A stretch of 64,000 nucleotides of DNA. It comes from an uncultured Eubacteriales bacterium. Its GTDB lineage: Bacteria > Acidobacteriota > Aminicenantia > Aminicenantales > Aminicenantaceae. A model generated the notes under the pieces. It saw only the letters and a program-made list of their open reading frames with translations. It did not search any database and had not been told where the DNA came from. Positions 36,726 through 46,311 of this stretch are shown one piece after another. Position 1 is the first letter of the stretch. Every line of letters starts with the position of its first letter. The stretch covers positions 938 to 64,937 of the forward strand of contig CAYPGQ010000014.1 in assembly GCA_964410125.1 (NCBI GenBank). Direction: 5' to 3'. The position numbers were made by a program, and so were the translations under genes.

Positions 36726-37082
36726 TTATTCCAAGGCGAGATGAATTTTCAGGGCTCGATTTATATCCTCCATTTTCTGTTCGCTGATGTGCCCTATTTG
36801 TTTAATGATTCTGCGCTCAGCATCTATGGTTCTTATCTGATTGCACTGGGCTACGCTGTCTTTATCCAATCCGGATTCATCTTTTTTCAAATATACCAAG
36901 CACGGGTACCATTTTCTTACGCTTTTTGCGTCAGTGACCGGGATGATGTTTGTGACGGGAGAAAACTTATTCGCTATATCGTTCTGAACTATGATGCAAG
37001 GCCTTACTTTTCCCTGTTCTGATCCCTTGACAGGTTCCAGATCGACCAGGATAATATCGCCTCTTTTGTATCCTGAGTGCAT
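36726..37082 (-). CDS. mazF: MazF/PemK-family endoribonuclease toxin (copy 1)
   Basis: The sequence is RGDIILVDLEPVKGSEQGKVRPCIIVQND. Confidence 0.85.
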   Translation of the reverse strand: MHSGYKRGDIILVDLEPVKGSEQGKVRPCIIVQNDIANKFSPVTNIIPVTDAKSVRKWYPCLVYLKKDESGLDKDSVAQCNQIRTIDAERRIIKQIGHISEQKMEDINRALKIHLALE

Positions 37083-37333
37083 TAGATGTTTTCACCATCA
37101 ACGAATTTAAATTCTTCACAGGTTGCCCGGTCAAGATCTGCGTTGGCCAGATAACCTTCTTTCAATTCTTTCTCAAGTCTTTCTTTTTTTATTCGTTTCA
37201 ACTTTTCGTCAATTGCATCTCTTACGAAGTTGCTAAAGTCGACACCCAATTTTCGATTTTCTTTTTCAAACCGAGATATAAGATCGATTGGGAATATGAT
37301 GTTTTTCCTTATGGTGTTATTCACTTTCATCAT
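37082..37333 (-). CDS. Antitoxin (probable ribbon-helix-helix) of MazF (copy 1)
   Basis: It abuts mazF with a 1-nt overlap. It has an N-terminal beta-strand/helix pattern and is identical in aa sequence to 61171..61422. Confidence 0.65.
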   Translation of the reverse strand: MMKVNNTIRKNIIFPIDLISRFEKENRKLGVDFSNFVRDAIDEKLKRIKKERLEKELKEGYLANADLDRATCEEFKFVDGENI

Positions 37334-37419
37334 TATCTCCTTAGCACGTTTTAATACATCTGTTTAACATACACAAATGATATACAATTAGATGTGTATT
37401 GTCAAGACCCTTTAATCCT

Positions 37420-37527
37420 CGATTTCGTCGAATGCATCCTTTTTATAAACGAAGGAATTGTAAACTAATTCTCACCAACATATTCGGCAAGTTTACCTTT
37501 TGATGTTTTTCCCAGATGAAAAGCTTT
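37420..37527 (-). pseudogene. Orphan 3' end of an XRE-ImmA gene
   Basis: It shows nucleotide similarity to 32320..32430. Confidence 0.5.
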
Positions 37528-37669
37528 GATCGCCAAGAATAAGCAATTAAAATTTCCTGATGGAGAACCTGTTTCAGCAAAATTTATCTTTTTTCGACAA
37601 GAACGACAATTCTGTATTCTTCATATTTATCGAGAAGATAAAAAAGTAAATCATCGCCATTTTTTCTCA

Positions 37670-38806
37670 CTAGAAAATATCCGGAAGGTTTTTGATCCTG
37701 TACTCGACATAAAATCTGAAATCATTCCGGTTTTCCAGGGTAGAAAATCCGAAGTTGTAGAAATGGGCTTCCTCCAGCGAGATCTCATCCGGAGCCTTCA
37801 GAATATAGACAAACTTGCCTTCCGGATCGAAAACATCTATCTCAAACATTTTTGGACCGGAAACACGGTAGACCGCCAGATATCCCCTGGGAAGAGTTTT
37901 AACGGATTTTATGGCCACCAGGATTTCTGGATAGGCATCCAAGATCCACTTAGAACTTTCTCTTCCCAGTGCCCAATCAGCAAGAATTTCTTTTTCAATT
38001 GGGCCAACCTTCACGTTCTCGTAGGGCTTTTTTATTACATGAAGTATTTTTCCCTCTAGGTCTTTTACATAAATTTCATAGCTTAAATTGAGGGCAATAA
38101 AAACACAACGGCTGAATGCGCTGTAATCATAATATATTTGGGGTGTTGCCCATTCATCAGCAAATGCACTGGGTCCCTTTCGTATAATCCATTCTCTTGT
38201 GTCCTCGTATAAATTAATTTCGCTCTCTTTGTCTTTCTGATCCGAAAGATCGACCAATACAACTTGACGTTGTTCCGTGTCTCCCTCAATCGTATTAGAT
38301 TTCGTGGCGATACACTGGTAAGCGTCCACAAAGATCTCCGGCATTAATTCCAGCCTTTGCTCACCAAGATATTTCCCGTTTTTGTCGTACTTTACCCATT
38401 TCGGCCATCCTGTGGCCCAGATTTGGCCATTCATGAAGTGGATCCGTAACCCGGCATACTGACGAAATTCACCAGGTCCCTGGCCGAGGCGGACGAGATT
38501 GCCCAAATAATTGCCTCGGGCATCAAACCTTTGAGCTTCTGATTGACTCGAGTCGAAAAGAATCACCTCGCCGTCTTCATCACGGACATGGTTGAAATGC
38601 CGTATTCCGATTTCCTCATACATATACGGATCGATATCCAGTCCTTTTTCCACCTCAAGAAGTACTGTTCCCTTTAAGGGCAGCTCTGGATTCATAACAT
38701 GAGGGATTCCATCGATAATTTCTATTTGAACGGATTCCTCAGTTTTTTTGCATCCGGCAAAAGATACCATAAATATCAGGAACAGGCAGAAAAATTTTTT
38801 AATCAT
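37670..38806 (-). CDS. Six-bladed beta-propeller family lipoprotein
   Basis: It has the lipobox FAGC and the LGQGPGEF motif. Confidence 0.65.
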   Translation of the reverse strand: MIKKFFCLFLIFMVSFAGCKKTEESVQIEIIDGIPHVMNPELPLKGTVLLEVEKGLDIDPYMYEEIGIRHFNHVRDEDGEVILFDSSQSEAQRFDARGNYLGNLVRLGQGPGEFRQYAGLRIHFMNGQIWATGWPKWVKYDKNGKYLGEQRLELMPEIFVDAYQCIATKSNTIEGDTEQRQVVLVDLSDQKDKESEINLYEDTREWIIRKGPSAFADEWATPQIYYDYSAFSRCVFIALNLSYEIYVKDLEGKILHVIKKPYENVKVGPIEKEILADWALGRESSKWILDAYPEILVAIKSVKTLPRGYLAVYRVSGPKMFEIDVFDPEGKFVYILKAPDEISLEEAHFYNFGFSTLENRNDFRFYVEYRIKNLPDIF

Positions 38807-38856
38807 TTTTTCCCCCGGCTATTTTTCTAGCAATGTGTCGATTCCCAGAAAATTAA

Positions 38857-38883
38857 ACTATAAAAATTAATGAATTTTGGCAA
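38857..38883 (-). promoter_or_regulatory. Portable promoter cassette copy b: TTGCCA-N15-TATAGT
   Basis: It lies about 50 nt upstream of the beta-propeller ATG. Confidence 0.5.
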
Positions 38884-38995
38884 GGATTTTACTGAAACCA
38901 AATCAAAATGAGAATTTTCTCTATGCTGATCGTCTTTCAGATAAAAGGCAAGTAGAATAATACTTGACATTAGTATCAATAATGATATCATATAA

Positions 38996-39256
38996 ATGAG
39001 CTCAATCGAAAAAATCCTGATAAGGATAAAACGGAATCCCAAGAATGTTCGGTTCAAGGATCTATGCAAAGTCTGTGAGTGTTATTTCGGATCAGCTCGT
39101 CAGAGTGGAAGTAGCCATAGAATTTACAGGACACCATGGCCGAGTGACCCGAGAATCAATATTCAAAACCACAAGGGAAGAGCTAAAGTTTATCAGGTGA
39201 GGCAAGTCCTAAAGGCAATTGAAAGATTGGAGTCAGAAAATGGCATCACAGAGTGA
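38996..39256 (+). CDS. HicA-family toxin (divergent)
   Basis: The sequence is RFKDLCKVCECYFG...GSSHRIYRTPW. It is followed by an overlapping HicB. Confidence 0.6.
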   Translation: MSSIEKILIRIKRNPKNVRFKDLCKVCECYFGSARQSGSSHRIYRTPWPSDPRINIQNHKGRAKVYQVRQVLKAIERLESENGITE

Positions 39257-39569
39257 TCGATATACATACAGGATCATATGGTCTGAGGAAGACAAGGAAT
39301 ATGTCGGGCTCTGCGCTGAGTTACCCAGTCTGAGTTGGCTGGCAGAAAGTCAGGAATCAGCTTTAAAAGGAATCAGAGCAGTCGTTGAAAAGGCAATAAA
39401 GGATATGAGGGACAGCGGGGAATCCCCTCCCCCGCCCCTTTCCTCCAGAAAATTCAGTGGAAAGTTTATGGTAAGGATTCCACCTGAGATTCACAGAAGA
39501 CTGGCCATAAAAGCCGAAGAAGAAGGAATCAGCCTCAATCGGCTCGTCAGCGCAAAACTCAGCCGATAA
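39240..39569 (+). CDS. HicB-family antitoxin with C-terminal RHH
   Basis: The sequence is YTYRIIWSEEDKEYVGLCAELPSLSWLAESQESAL...RIPPEIHRRLAIKAEEEGISLNRLV. Confidence 0.7.
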   Translation: MASQSDRYTYRIIWSEEDKEYVGLCAELPSLSWLAESQESALKGIRAVVEKAIKDMRDSGESPPPPLSSRKFSGKFMVRIPPEIHRRLAIKAEEEGISLNRLVSAKLSR

Positions 39570-39578
39570 GAAATTGCA

Positions 39579-40592
39579 TTAGCGGATGCTGAAAATTTCC
39601 GGCAGGTTCTTAACCTTATACTCGACATACACAGGAAAATCATCCACGGTTTCCACTGTCGTGAAACCGAAATCATAGAAGACAGCATTATCTAAATTGA
39701 TGTTTTCCGGAAGCTCGAACCTATAAATGTATCTACCCTGGTCATCGAAGACGTCGACCTCGTATTTTTTTAGTCCGGTAATCCTGTAGACTGCCAGACA
39801 GCCATTGGGAAGGACCTTCATTTCCTTTAAGGCCATCAACTTATCCGGATAGGCATCGAGAAACTTTTTTTTGTCTTCGCCATTATGAAGGAGAAACGGT
39901 TCTATCATCATTTGCTTTTCCTTGCCAGATAATGCCACGCACTCATACGGGACTTCGATAACATAAAGGTTATTCCCTTCCGTATCTTTTGTATGGATTT
40001 TGTACTCTGTATTTTTGGCCACATAGATTTTTTTCGTGTTCTGGTCGACGGCATATTCAATATCTGGAACACCCCAGTCATCGCCGAATCCACCTCCCTG
40101 AAAGCGGATCATGCCAATATTCGTTCCCTCCATGAGTATAGGCCCTTCTTCTACCTCGTTGGTTTCAGAGATTTTCTTGATCATAATTTGTTTATGTAAG
40201 TCTTCGCCAGTTCTGGTTCTTGTAGCGGTTACGTAGAGGTCTGGGCCGATAAAAGTAACGATCGAGTCTCCCAACTGGAATTCCTCGATAAACTGTCCCT
40301 TTTTGTCGAACTTGGCCAGTTTCAGCCGCCCTGTGACCCAAATCTGGCTGTTCATGAACCGGACATACAGAAATGAATGTCGTGTAAATTCACCAGGGCC
40401 CTGGCCTTTGCGAAAGAGGCTGCCGATGTATTCTCCGTCCTTTGTGAACCTCTCTGTTTCGGAATTGTATACATCGAAAAGGATGACTTCGCCGGTCTTG
40501 TCTTTGACCGCATCAAAGGATTTTAATCCGATTTCTTCATGTTCGTAGGGATTGATCTCCAGCTGTTTTTCCAATTCGAGAAGAACAGTTGA
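39579..40592 (-). pseudogene. 5'-truncated six-bladed beta-propeller paralog (no signal peptide)
   Basis: Homology to 37670..38806 begins at TVLLELEKQ, immediately after an in-frame TGA. The upstream DNA has been replaced by the small-RNA element. Confidence 0.6.
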
Positions 40593-40625
40593 TCAATTAA
40601 AAAAATTAATTTAATACCCCCTGGC

Positions 40626-40732
40626 AAAAAAAAAGCGACTGGGTGTAAGGCCATTTTCAGCCTTTCGATAAGACGCTTAGCGACTCGTCCCAGACGCATA
40701 TTAATAATAATGATTTGATTTCTAAAAGTCAA
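40626..40732 (-). ncRNA. Candidate small RNA gene, copy 2
   Basis: TTGACT (40727..40732), a 17-nt spacer and TATTAT (40704..40709) precede the conserved structured segment, which ends in U9. Confidence 0.5.
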
Positions 40733-40790
40733 TAAATATCTGAATTTTAGAAAATCAATAACTTGAAAAAGAAAAATTCGGGGATTATCT

Positions 40791-41924
40791 TCAAGTCGTG
40801 CGGTAAGCAAAAGAATAGTCCTCGTTTTCATCGTATCCGTACTTATTTAAGAACGAAGGAATTTCACTGTAATTCTCACCAACATATTCGGCAAGTTTGC
40901 CTTTGGATATTTTCCCAAGATAAAACGCTTTAATAGCCAATGAGATATATTTAGCAGAAAGATAGGGTTTTTCGTCTATATCCCTGATAGTGTCTTTTTC
41001 TAGTTCCTCTTGAATGTCCTCTTTCCTCAGAAGGTTCAGGTTAACCAATCGCCAGAGTAAAGCTTCGATCGAAACCTCGAAGTCTCGAGCGATATCGACT
41101 AAATTCAGATATGAAATTGAATTATTGTCTGTCCTTTTCTCAAATTCTTCTCGAACTTCCTTTTCCGGTATAAGCAAAGAGGCGGCAAAGACGTTTGCTA
41201 ATTGTTCAACGCGGCTTTTCCCTCCCATACTATTTTCTTGGTAGATCTCTTCATGTGAGAAATCTTCCCAGGTTATTAAGTGGAAAAATTCGTGGGCAAG
41301 ATCGAAATTTCGCCGCCATGGAGCATCATTGGAGTTGACTAGAACGGCCATTCCGAACTCCTTATCTATTGTCGAGCCTCCAGAAATATCAGAATCCATC
41401 GGAAGGAAAATAATCTTGATCCCCATTTCTTCCTCTAAGATTTTTGACAATGAACATGCCGGACGCAACCCCAAATTCAGAATGCTAACATATTTAAAGG
41501 CGAGGTTTTCGACACATTTGAAAGCGTCCTGGCTGAGCAATTCGTGTTTATCGATATTGATTTTGGATCCAGTTTTTGGAACATTGTTCTCGTTGAGAAT
41601 TTTTAAAAGATTTTGATAGTTTTCACATATCGAAATGAATTGTCGCTCTACAATCGCTTTTTTTGGGCTTGTTTCAGGACTCCTCCAGAGGATCCTGATT
41701 TCTTTCTGAGGCAAGTCAAGATTTAGGAAATAGTCTATGTCACGGCCGTAGATTTTAGCCAGTTTAGCGAGTTCCCAGGCTTTTACCTCCCTCTCCCCTG
41801 CTTCGATGCTGCTTAATGTCTGGTAATTGTTGAATCCTAATTTTTCTGACACTTCCTTTAGAGTGAAATCCAGAGATTCCCGTTCGTCCTTAAGAAGTTT
41901 TGCCAATTTCTTTTGGATATTCAT
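40791..41924 (-). CDS. XRE-family HTH fused to ImmA/IrrE-type metallopeptidase (copy 2)
   Basis: It has the same architecture as copy 1, with the HEFFH motif. The start is at MNIQKK (ATG 41924). Confidence 0.8.
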   Translation of the reverse strand: MNIQKKLAKLLKDERESLDFTLKEVSEKLGFNNYQTLSSIEAGEREVKAWELAKLAKIYGRDIDYFLNLDLPQKEIRILWRSPETSPKKAIVERQFISICENYQNLLKILNENNVPKTGSKINIDKHELLSQDAFKCVENLAFKYVSILNLGLRPACSLSKILEEEMGIKIIFLPMDSDISGGSTIDKEFGMAVLVNSNDAPWRRNFDLAHEFFHLITWEDFSHEEIYQENSMGGKSRVEQLANVFAASLLIPEKEVREEFEKRTDNNSISYLNLVDIARDFEVSIEALLWRLVNLNLLRKEDIQEELEKDTIRDIDEKPYLSAKYISLAIKAFYLGKISKGKLAEYVGENYSEIPSFLNKYGYDENEDYSFAYRTT

Positions 41925-42018
41925 TTTTGCTAACGTATAAAATATATATGAAATTATTATATTTGTCAAATAGAATATGATATTAATATAAGATATTATT
42001 ATTCTACATTTTTTATAA

Positions 42019-42034
42019 GGTTCATCGCAAAAAT
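42019..42034. repeat. Left arm of inverted repeat GGTTCATCGCAAAAA (copy 2 module)
   Basis: It is the reverse complement of 42703..42717. Confidence 0.75.
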
Positions 42035-42065
42035 GAGCGCCTAGCAAGATAAGATATAGGGGTAA

Positions 42066-42623
42066 TTATTGAAAGTTCCGAACCCGCGCTTTTTTGCGCA
42101 GTTTATTCAGTGCTTTTCTTATTTCGGTTTCTGATTTTTCCTCGAATTGGATTATTTTATCCTTTCCTGCAATTGCGCCTCCAATACCTCCAAGGACACC
42201 TCCTGTAATGCCACACATAAAACCTAATATGAATGCTTTTTCATAAGCTGTAAACATGCCAGGCATCGGACTTGAGAGTCCAAATGCCATTAGTGGGCCG
42301 CCTGGAGGATCATCTCCCTGTAAATATCCAATTAATGCTCCACTAACGACTCCACTTAATAATCCATAGCCAATTCCTTTCCAGACCTTCGATTCCTTCA
42401 CAATTTCAATAAGTTTAATCTCCCTAATATCAACAGAAACATCCGCTCCTGATTCAGAATCCAGCAATAACAGAGAATTCTTCTTTACAGCAATAAGCTC
42501 ACCTATTGCTTGCTGACCGTCTATTTGCTGGACTATGAGCTCTGCTCCCTTTTTCTTGGCATATGAATTTTCTGAAAATGCAAATAAAGATAAAACCAAA
42601 AACAAAACCATGAATTTTTTCAT
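42066..42623 (-). CDS. Secreted glycine-zipper protein (copy 2)
   Basis: It is a paralog of 33588..34145. The termini are conserved and the central glycine-zipper region is divergent. Confidence 0.55.
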   Translation of the reverse strand: MKKFMVLFLVLSLFAFSENSYAKKKGAELIVQQIDGQQAIGELIAVKKNSLLLLDSESGADVSVDIREIKLIEIVKESKVWKGIGYGLLSGVVSGALIGYLQGDDPPGGPLMAFGLSSPMPGMFTAYEKAFILGFMCGITGGVLGGIGGAIAGKDKIIQFEEKSETEIRKALNKLRKKARVRNFQ

Positions 42624-42657
42624 TGCTCCCCCCGTCTAATAGTAACTCCTCTTTTTT

Positions 42658-42686
42658 AAGATATGGTATCAAAAGGCTTTTGTCAA
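42658..42686 (-). promoter_or_regulatory. Sigma70-type promoter TTGACA-17-TATCTT (copy 2)
   Basis: It is conserved with 34180..34208. Confidence 0.5.
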
Positions 42687-42702
42687 CCTTCTCGGGTACT
42701 CT

Positions 42703-42717
42703 TTTTTGCGATGAACC
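42703..42717. repeat. Right arm of inverted repeat (TTTTTGCGATGAACC)
   Basis: It is the reverse complement of 42019..42033. Confidence 0.75.
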
Positions 42718-42757
42718 CGAAAATTGGGTTTGATTTAGTCGATTCCCAGGAGATTAG

Positions 42758-42784
42758 ATTATAAAAATAAAGAGGTTTTGGCAA
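42758..42784 (-). promoter_or_regulatory. Portable promoter cassette copy c: TTGCCA-N15-TATAAT
   Basis: It is the same conserved block as 31733..31759. Confidence 0.45.
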
Positions 42785-42876
42785 GGATTCCAATTCGATT
42801 TCAATTCGGGGCAAAAATATTATATGAGAATAGATTCAAAATCATAACTTCCTTGTATATAATGAGGAGGGAGAAA

Positions 42877-43047
42877 ATGATGAAATATAAGATAATCATG
42901 GAACCTAGTGCAGACGGAGGATATTCAGTCACTGTTCCTTCTTTACCTGGGTGTATCAGTGAAGGCAATTCAAAGAAAGAGGCACTTAAGAATATCAAAG
43001 AAGCCATCCTTTTATACCTGGAGCCGGTAGCAGATGATTTGAATTGA
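42877..43047 (+). CDS. Orphan HicB-like (UPF0150) antitoxin
   Basis: The sequence is MMKYKIIMEPSADGGYSVTVPSLPGCISEGNSKKEAL, with a GAGGAGGG SD. There is no adjacent hicA. Confidence 0.6.
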   Translation: MMKYKIIMEPSADGGYSVTVPSLPGCISEGNSKKEALKNIKEAILLYLEPVADDLN

Positions 43048-43106
43048 AACAAACAGACATAACAATTGATCAATTCAAAAAATTAATTTAATTTCATTTT
43101 TGATAT

Positions 43107-43211
43107 AAAAAAAGCGACTGGGTCCAAGGCCATTTTCGGCCTTTCGATAAGACGCTTAGCGACTCGTCCCAGACGCGTATTAATAATCGTGAAGTGAACA
43201 CAGAAAGTCAA
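43107..43211 (-). ncRNA. Candidate small RNA gene, copy 3
   Basis: TTGACT (43206..43211), a 17-nt spacer and GATTAT (43183..43188) precede the conserved structured segment, which ends in U7. Confidence 0.45.
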
Positions 43212-43231
43212 TAAATATTTATGATTTAGGG

Positions 43232-43361
43232 CTTCGATTTTTTGCCGTATGCCGATAGTTCTTCGCGGATAACATGTCGTAAAGTTTCCTTGAAAGGTTC
43301 TCGTTTTGAATTCATGTAATCTCTCAGAGCCATATTAATGAGAGTTTGGTAATTTCCTCCA
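43232..43361 (-). pseudogene. brnA (CopG-like antitoxin) 3' remnant
   Basis: It shows nucleotide similarity to 55061..55190 of the intact brnA. Confidence 0.5.
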
Positions 43362-43675
43362 ATCGCCTCTCCCATACTCTCATATTTAAATTGAACCAGA
43401 TCTCATTCGAGCCTGTGCCGTCTTTTATGTCAATGTAAGGATTTTGGCCTCAGCTCATCAATAAATGTGGCAGGCATCCACCACGTCCCCTGACTCCCCT
43501 AAAAGTGATCTCAACCGGCTTGATCGTTCCATCCTCATTGAAATACATCCTGAAATACAGCAAGGGCATTTCCATCAACGAACGAAACGGTCAAAGAATT
43601 CGATAATGCGGTTCAGACGGTCCATGCGGCGCTTGGGATGACCTGAACGGGAAAGTTCATACGCGCTTGTCCCGG

Positions 43676-44047
43676 TCAGCATGGATGATGTGCAGAGGAT
43701 TCCGACGCGATATTCACCGTGAAGGCGTTTCTTTCCATGATATTGTCATGCGTATAGGTGGCTTTCCTCAGACATGTCATGAGAGAGGCAGCTTTGGAAC
43801 AGCATATTCCTACCCACGATGAAGTCATCACATTGGGCTTCCCCTTCTCATCATAGGACCCGATCACCCACACCAGAGTGGGAATGATTACGGTTCTTGC
43901 ACCGAGAGACGCTTTTTCACTACCCTCAATCCCCCCAGATTTTGCCAGATATGAAGTTCCCATCTCTTTTAATGGAAAACCATCTTGCCATGTTCCTGCT
44001 ACAAACAACAGGGACAAAATCCCGATCAAAACAAAATGACGGATCAT
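43676..44047 (-). pseudogene. Flavin reductase-like protein, C-terminally truncated
   Basis: The sequence PTLVWVIGSYDEKGKPNVMTSSWVGICCSK...LRKATYTHDNIMERNAFTVNI matches the FMN-binding split barrel. Homology stops at the island edge. Confidence 0.5.
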
Positions 44048-44246
44048 GGAATCCCTCCTAGATTTCCATTTTTGTTATCGCGGAATTATTATTATCACAC
44101 AAAATTTAAAAAGTAAAAATCAGCAGATATAAATTTCTCTACGAGGAATCCGTTGAACATGTTCTTTTGAATGTGATACACTCGTTCCAGATTCTCAGAG
44201 GATGGAAAATCTCCCCGTTTTAAAAATTAATGAAAGGAAGACAAGA

Positions 44247-46028
44247 ATGATGAAAAATATTCATGGATTAGGAAAACACTCCCTGGTATTGATTCTTGCA
44301 GGATTAGTGGCTCTCACCATCACGACATGCGCGCCGAGGGCAGAAAGGTCATCCCTCAAGTTCAACATCACTCTTTCTGAGGAAGTTTTTCGAGGAATCG
44401 AAGACCTTGGACTTGAAGTTCCGGTTAAGGGTCGTGTATTCGCCATTATTTCCAAAGACAAAGATAGAGAGCCGCGGTTATCAACCGGGGTAACGGGAGT
44501 CCCGCTCTGGGGTATGGATGTAACGGATTGGGAGGGAGGAGAGAAAATCATCATCGAAGACGGAAAAGAAACCGTTCGAGGATATCCTTTTGATAACACC
44601 TGGGAGTTTCCCTCAGGCGATTATGTCGTTCAGGCCTTTCTTAATGTCTATTCAACATTTCACCGGGCAGACGGACACACCGTGGAGATGCATCTGAACA
44701 GCGGAGCCCATCAAAACCTGTTTCGGGCACCTGGAAACGCCTTCAGTGAGGTGATCCCCTTAATCCTAGAGGCCGGAAAAGGAGGAACGGTCGATCTGAC
44801 CATCAACCAGGTCATTCAACCTCCTGCACCACTGGAGGAAGGAGATGTCCTTCAGCAGGGAAATTATACGGATACGGAATGGGTGAAATACATCAAAATC
44901 AAGAGCGAAAAGGTTTCCGCATTTTGGGGTCGGGATATGTACATCGGAGCCAACATACTGCTTCCCAAAGGATACCACGAACATCCGGATGCCCGTTATC
45001 CTGTTCTCTACATGCAAGGGCATTCTTCTGGATTCACTCCTGTCCCCTGGTCACCGGAAGAATGGTTCCGTGAAGGTTATGTCCCTTCCCATCCTGCTGT
45101 CGGGAACCAGATGGACGGCTTCTATGAAGCATGGACCTCCGGTGCCCTTCCCAAAATGATTGTGGTAACATTCAGGGATTCCAATCCCTATTTTGATACG
45201 TCGTATTCCGTCAATTCTCCTAATGTTGGCCCCTATGGTGACGCACTCATTGAAGAACTGATTCCCTATATCGAAAAAAATTTCCGGATTATTTCTAAGC
45301 TATGGGCTAGGCTTACAGCAGGACGGTCCACAGGGGGATGGGAGGCCGCGGCTGTTATGATCCAACACCCTAACTTTTTTGCTGGCAGCTGGCCATGGGC
45401 CCCTGATCCTGTGGATTTCAGGAAGCTTATGCAAATAAATATCTATGAAAACCGGAATGCCTTTTTCCACGAGTTCGATTGGATTCGAACCGGGCGCCCG
45501 GCTCAGCGGGAGATCGACGGACTTGTGAAATATACAGTCCGGGATGAATACCGGTATGAACAGACCATAGCGGATAAAGACCGCTCCGGAGGCCAATGGG
45601 CCATATGGCAGGCCGTATTCAGTTCTGTCGCCGAGGATGGGTATCCGACTCCTCTCTGGGATCCTGAGACCGGAGATATAGACCCTGAAGTGGCGGAATA
45701 TTGGCGTGAAAACGCCGATTTGAGCGCCATTCTCGATAGAACCTGGGATGAAATCGGACAGGATCTCGAAGGAAAACTTCATTTCGCCGTGGGAATGATG
45801 GACAATTTCTATCTCAACGAGGCGGTGTATCTTATCCAGGACGTTTTGGAATCAAAAACAGATCCTCCTTCTGGAGCGACCTTCCAATACGGATTCCGCG
45901 GCCGGCATTCATGGATCGGACACAGCCCCCAGGAACCGGAACGCCAAATGACTTACGCTGAATTTATTTCCGTGATCGCGGATTTCATCACCCGTCATTC
46001 ACCTTCCGGGGCGGATACAACCAGCTGA
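44247..46028 (+). CDS. Putative esterase (alpha/beta hydrolase, enterochelin-esterase-like), lipoprotein
   Basis: It has a GRSTGGWEA nucleophile elbow and an N-terminal signal with a TTC lipobox-like site. Confidence 0.5.
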   Translation: MMKNIHGLGKHSLVLILAGLVALTITTCAPRAERSSLKFNITLSEEVFRGIEDLGLEVPVKGRVFAIISKDKDREPRLSTGVTGVPLWGMDVTDWEGGEKIIIEDGKETVRGYPFDNTWEFPSGDYVVQAFLNVYSTFHRADGHTVEMHLNSGAHQNLFRAPGNAFSEVIPLILEAGKGGTVDLTINQVIQPPAPLEEGDVLQQGNYTDTEWVKYIKIKSEKVSAFWGRDMYIGANILLPKGYHEHPDARYPVLYMQGHSSGFTPVPWSPEEWFREGYVPSHPAVGNQMDGFYEAWTSGALPKMIVVTFRDSNPYFDTSYSVNSPNVGPYGDALIEELIPYIEKNFRIISKLWARLTAGRSTGGWEAAAVMIQHPNFFAGSWPWAPDPVDFRKLMQINIYENRNAFFHEFDWIRTGRPAQREIDGLVKYTVRDEYRYEQTIADKDRSGGQWAIWQAVFSSVAEDGYPTPLWDPETGDIDPEVAEYWRENADLSAILDRTWDEIGQDLEGKLHFAVGMMDNFYLNEAVYLIQDVLESKTDPPSGATFQYGFRGRHSWIGHSPQEPERQMTYAEFISVIADFITRHSPSGADTTS

Positions 46029-46311
46029 CTTCTTTTTGTTTATGTTTTAACTCCTTTTTGTAGCTTACAGAATAACACAAAGTTTCCAGGAGGATCTGAC
46101 ATACCTACATATGTTGATATCCTGTACATCCATAGTTTCTGGGTTAGAGAGACGGTGACTTTCGAGCCGGCCATGAAATTCTTATATAAGATGAAAAAAG
46201 AGGGCAAGATCCGATTCAAATGCTGGATTATTTTAATAAAAATTTGAAACATGGAGGAAATACCCGAGTGCTGATTTCGACATTCTCGATCCCTGCAAGG
46301 GAAAAAGTATT

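Noticed and set aside
43390-43680. A possible transposase/integrase-core remnant (a minus-strand frame reads ...SRSGHPKRRMDRLNRIIEFF, vaguely like the P-x-T-x-GK-x-ER-x-NRTLK motif).
   Set aside because: It is too short and degenerate to call by eye. I mention it only as support for the island boundary.
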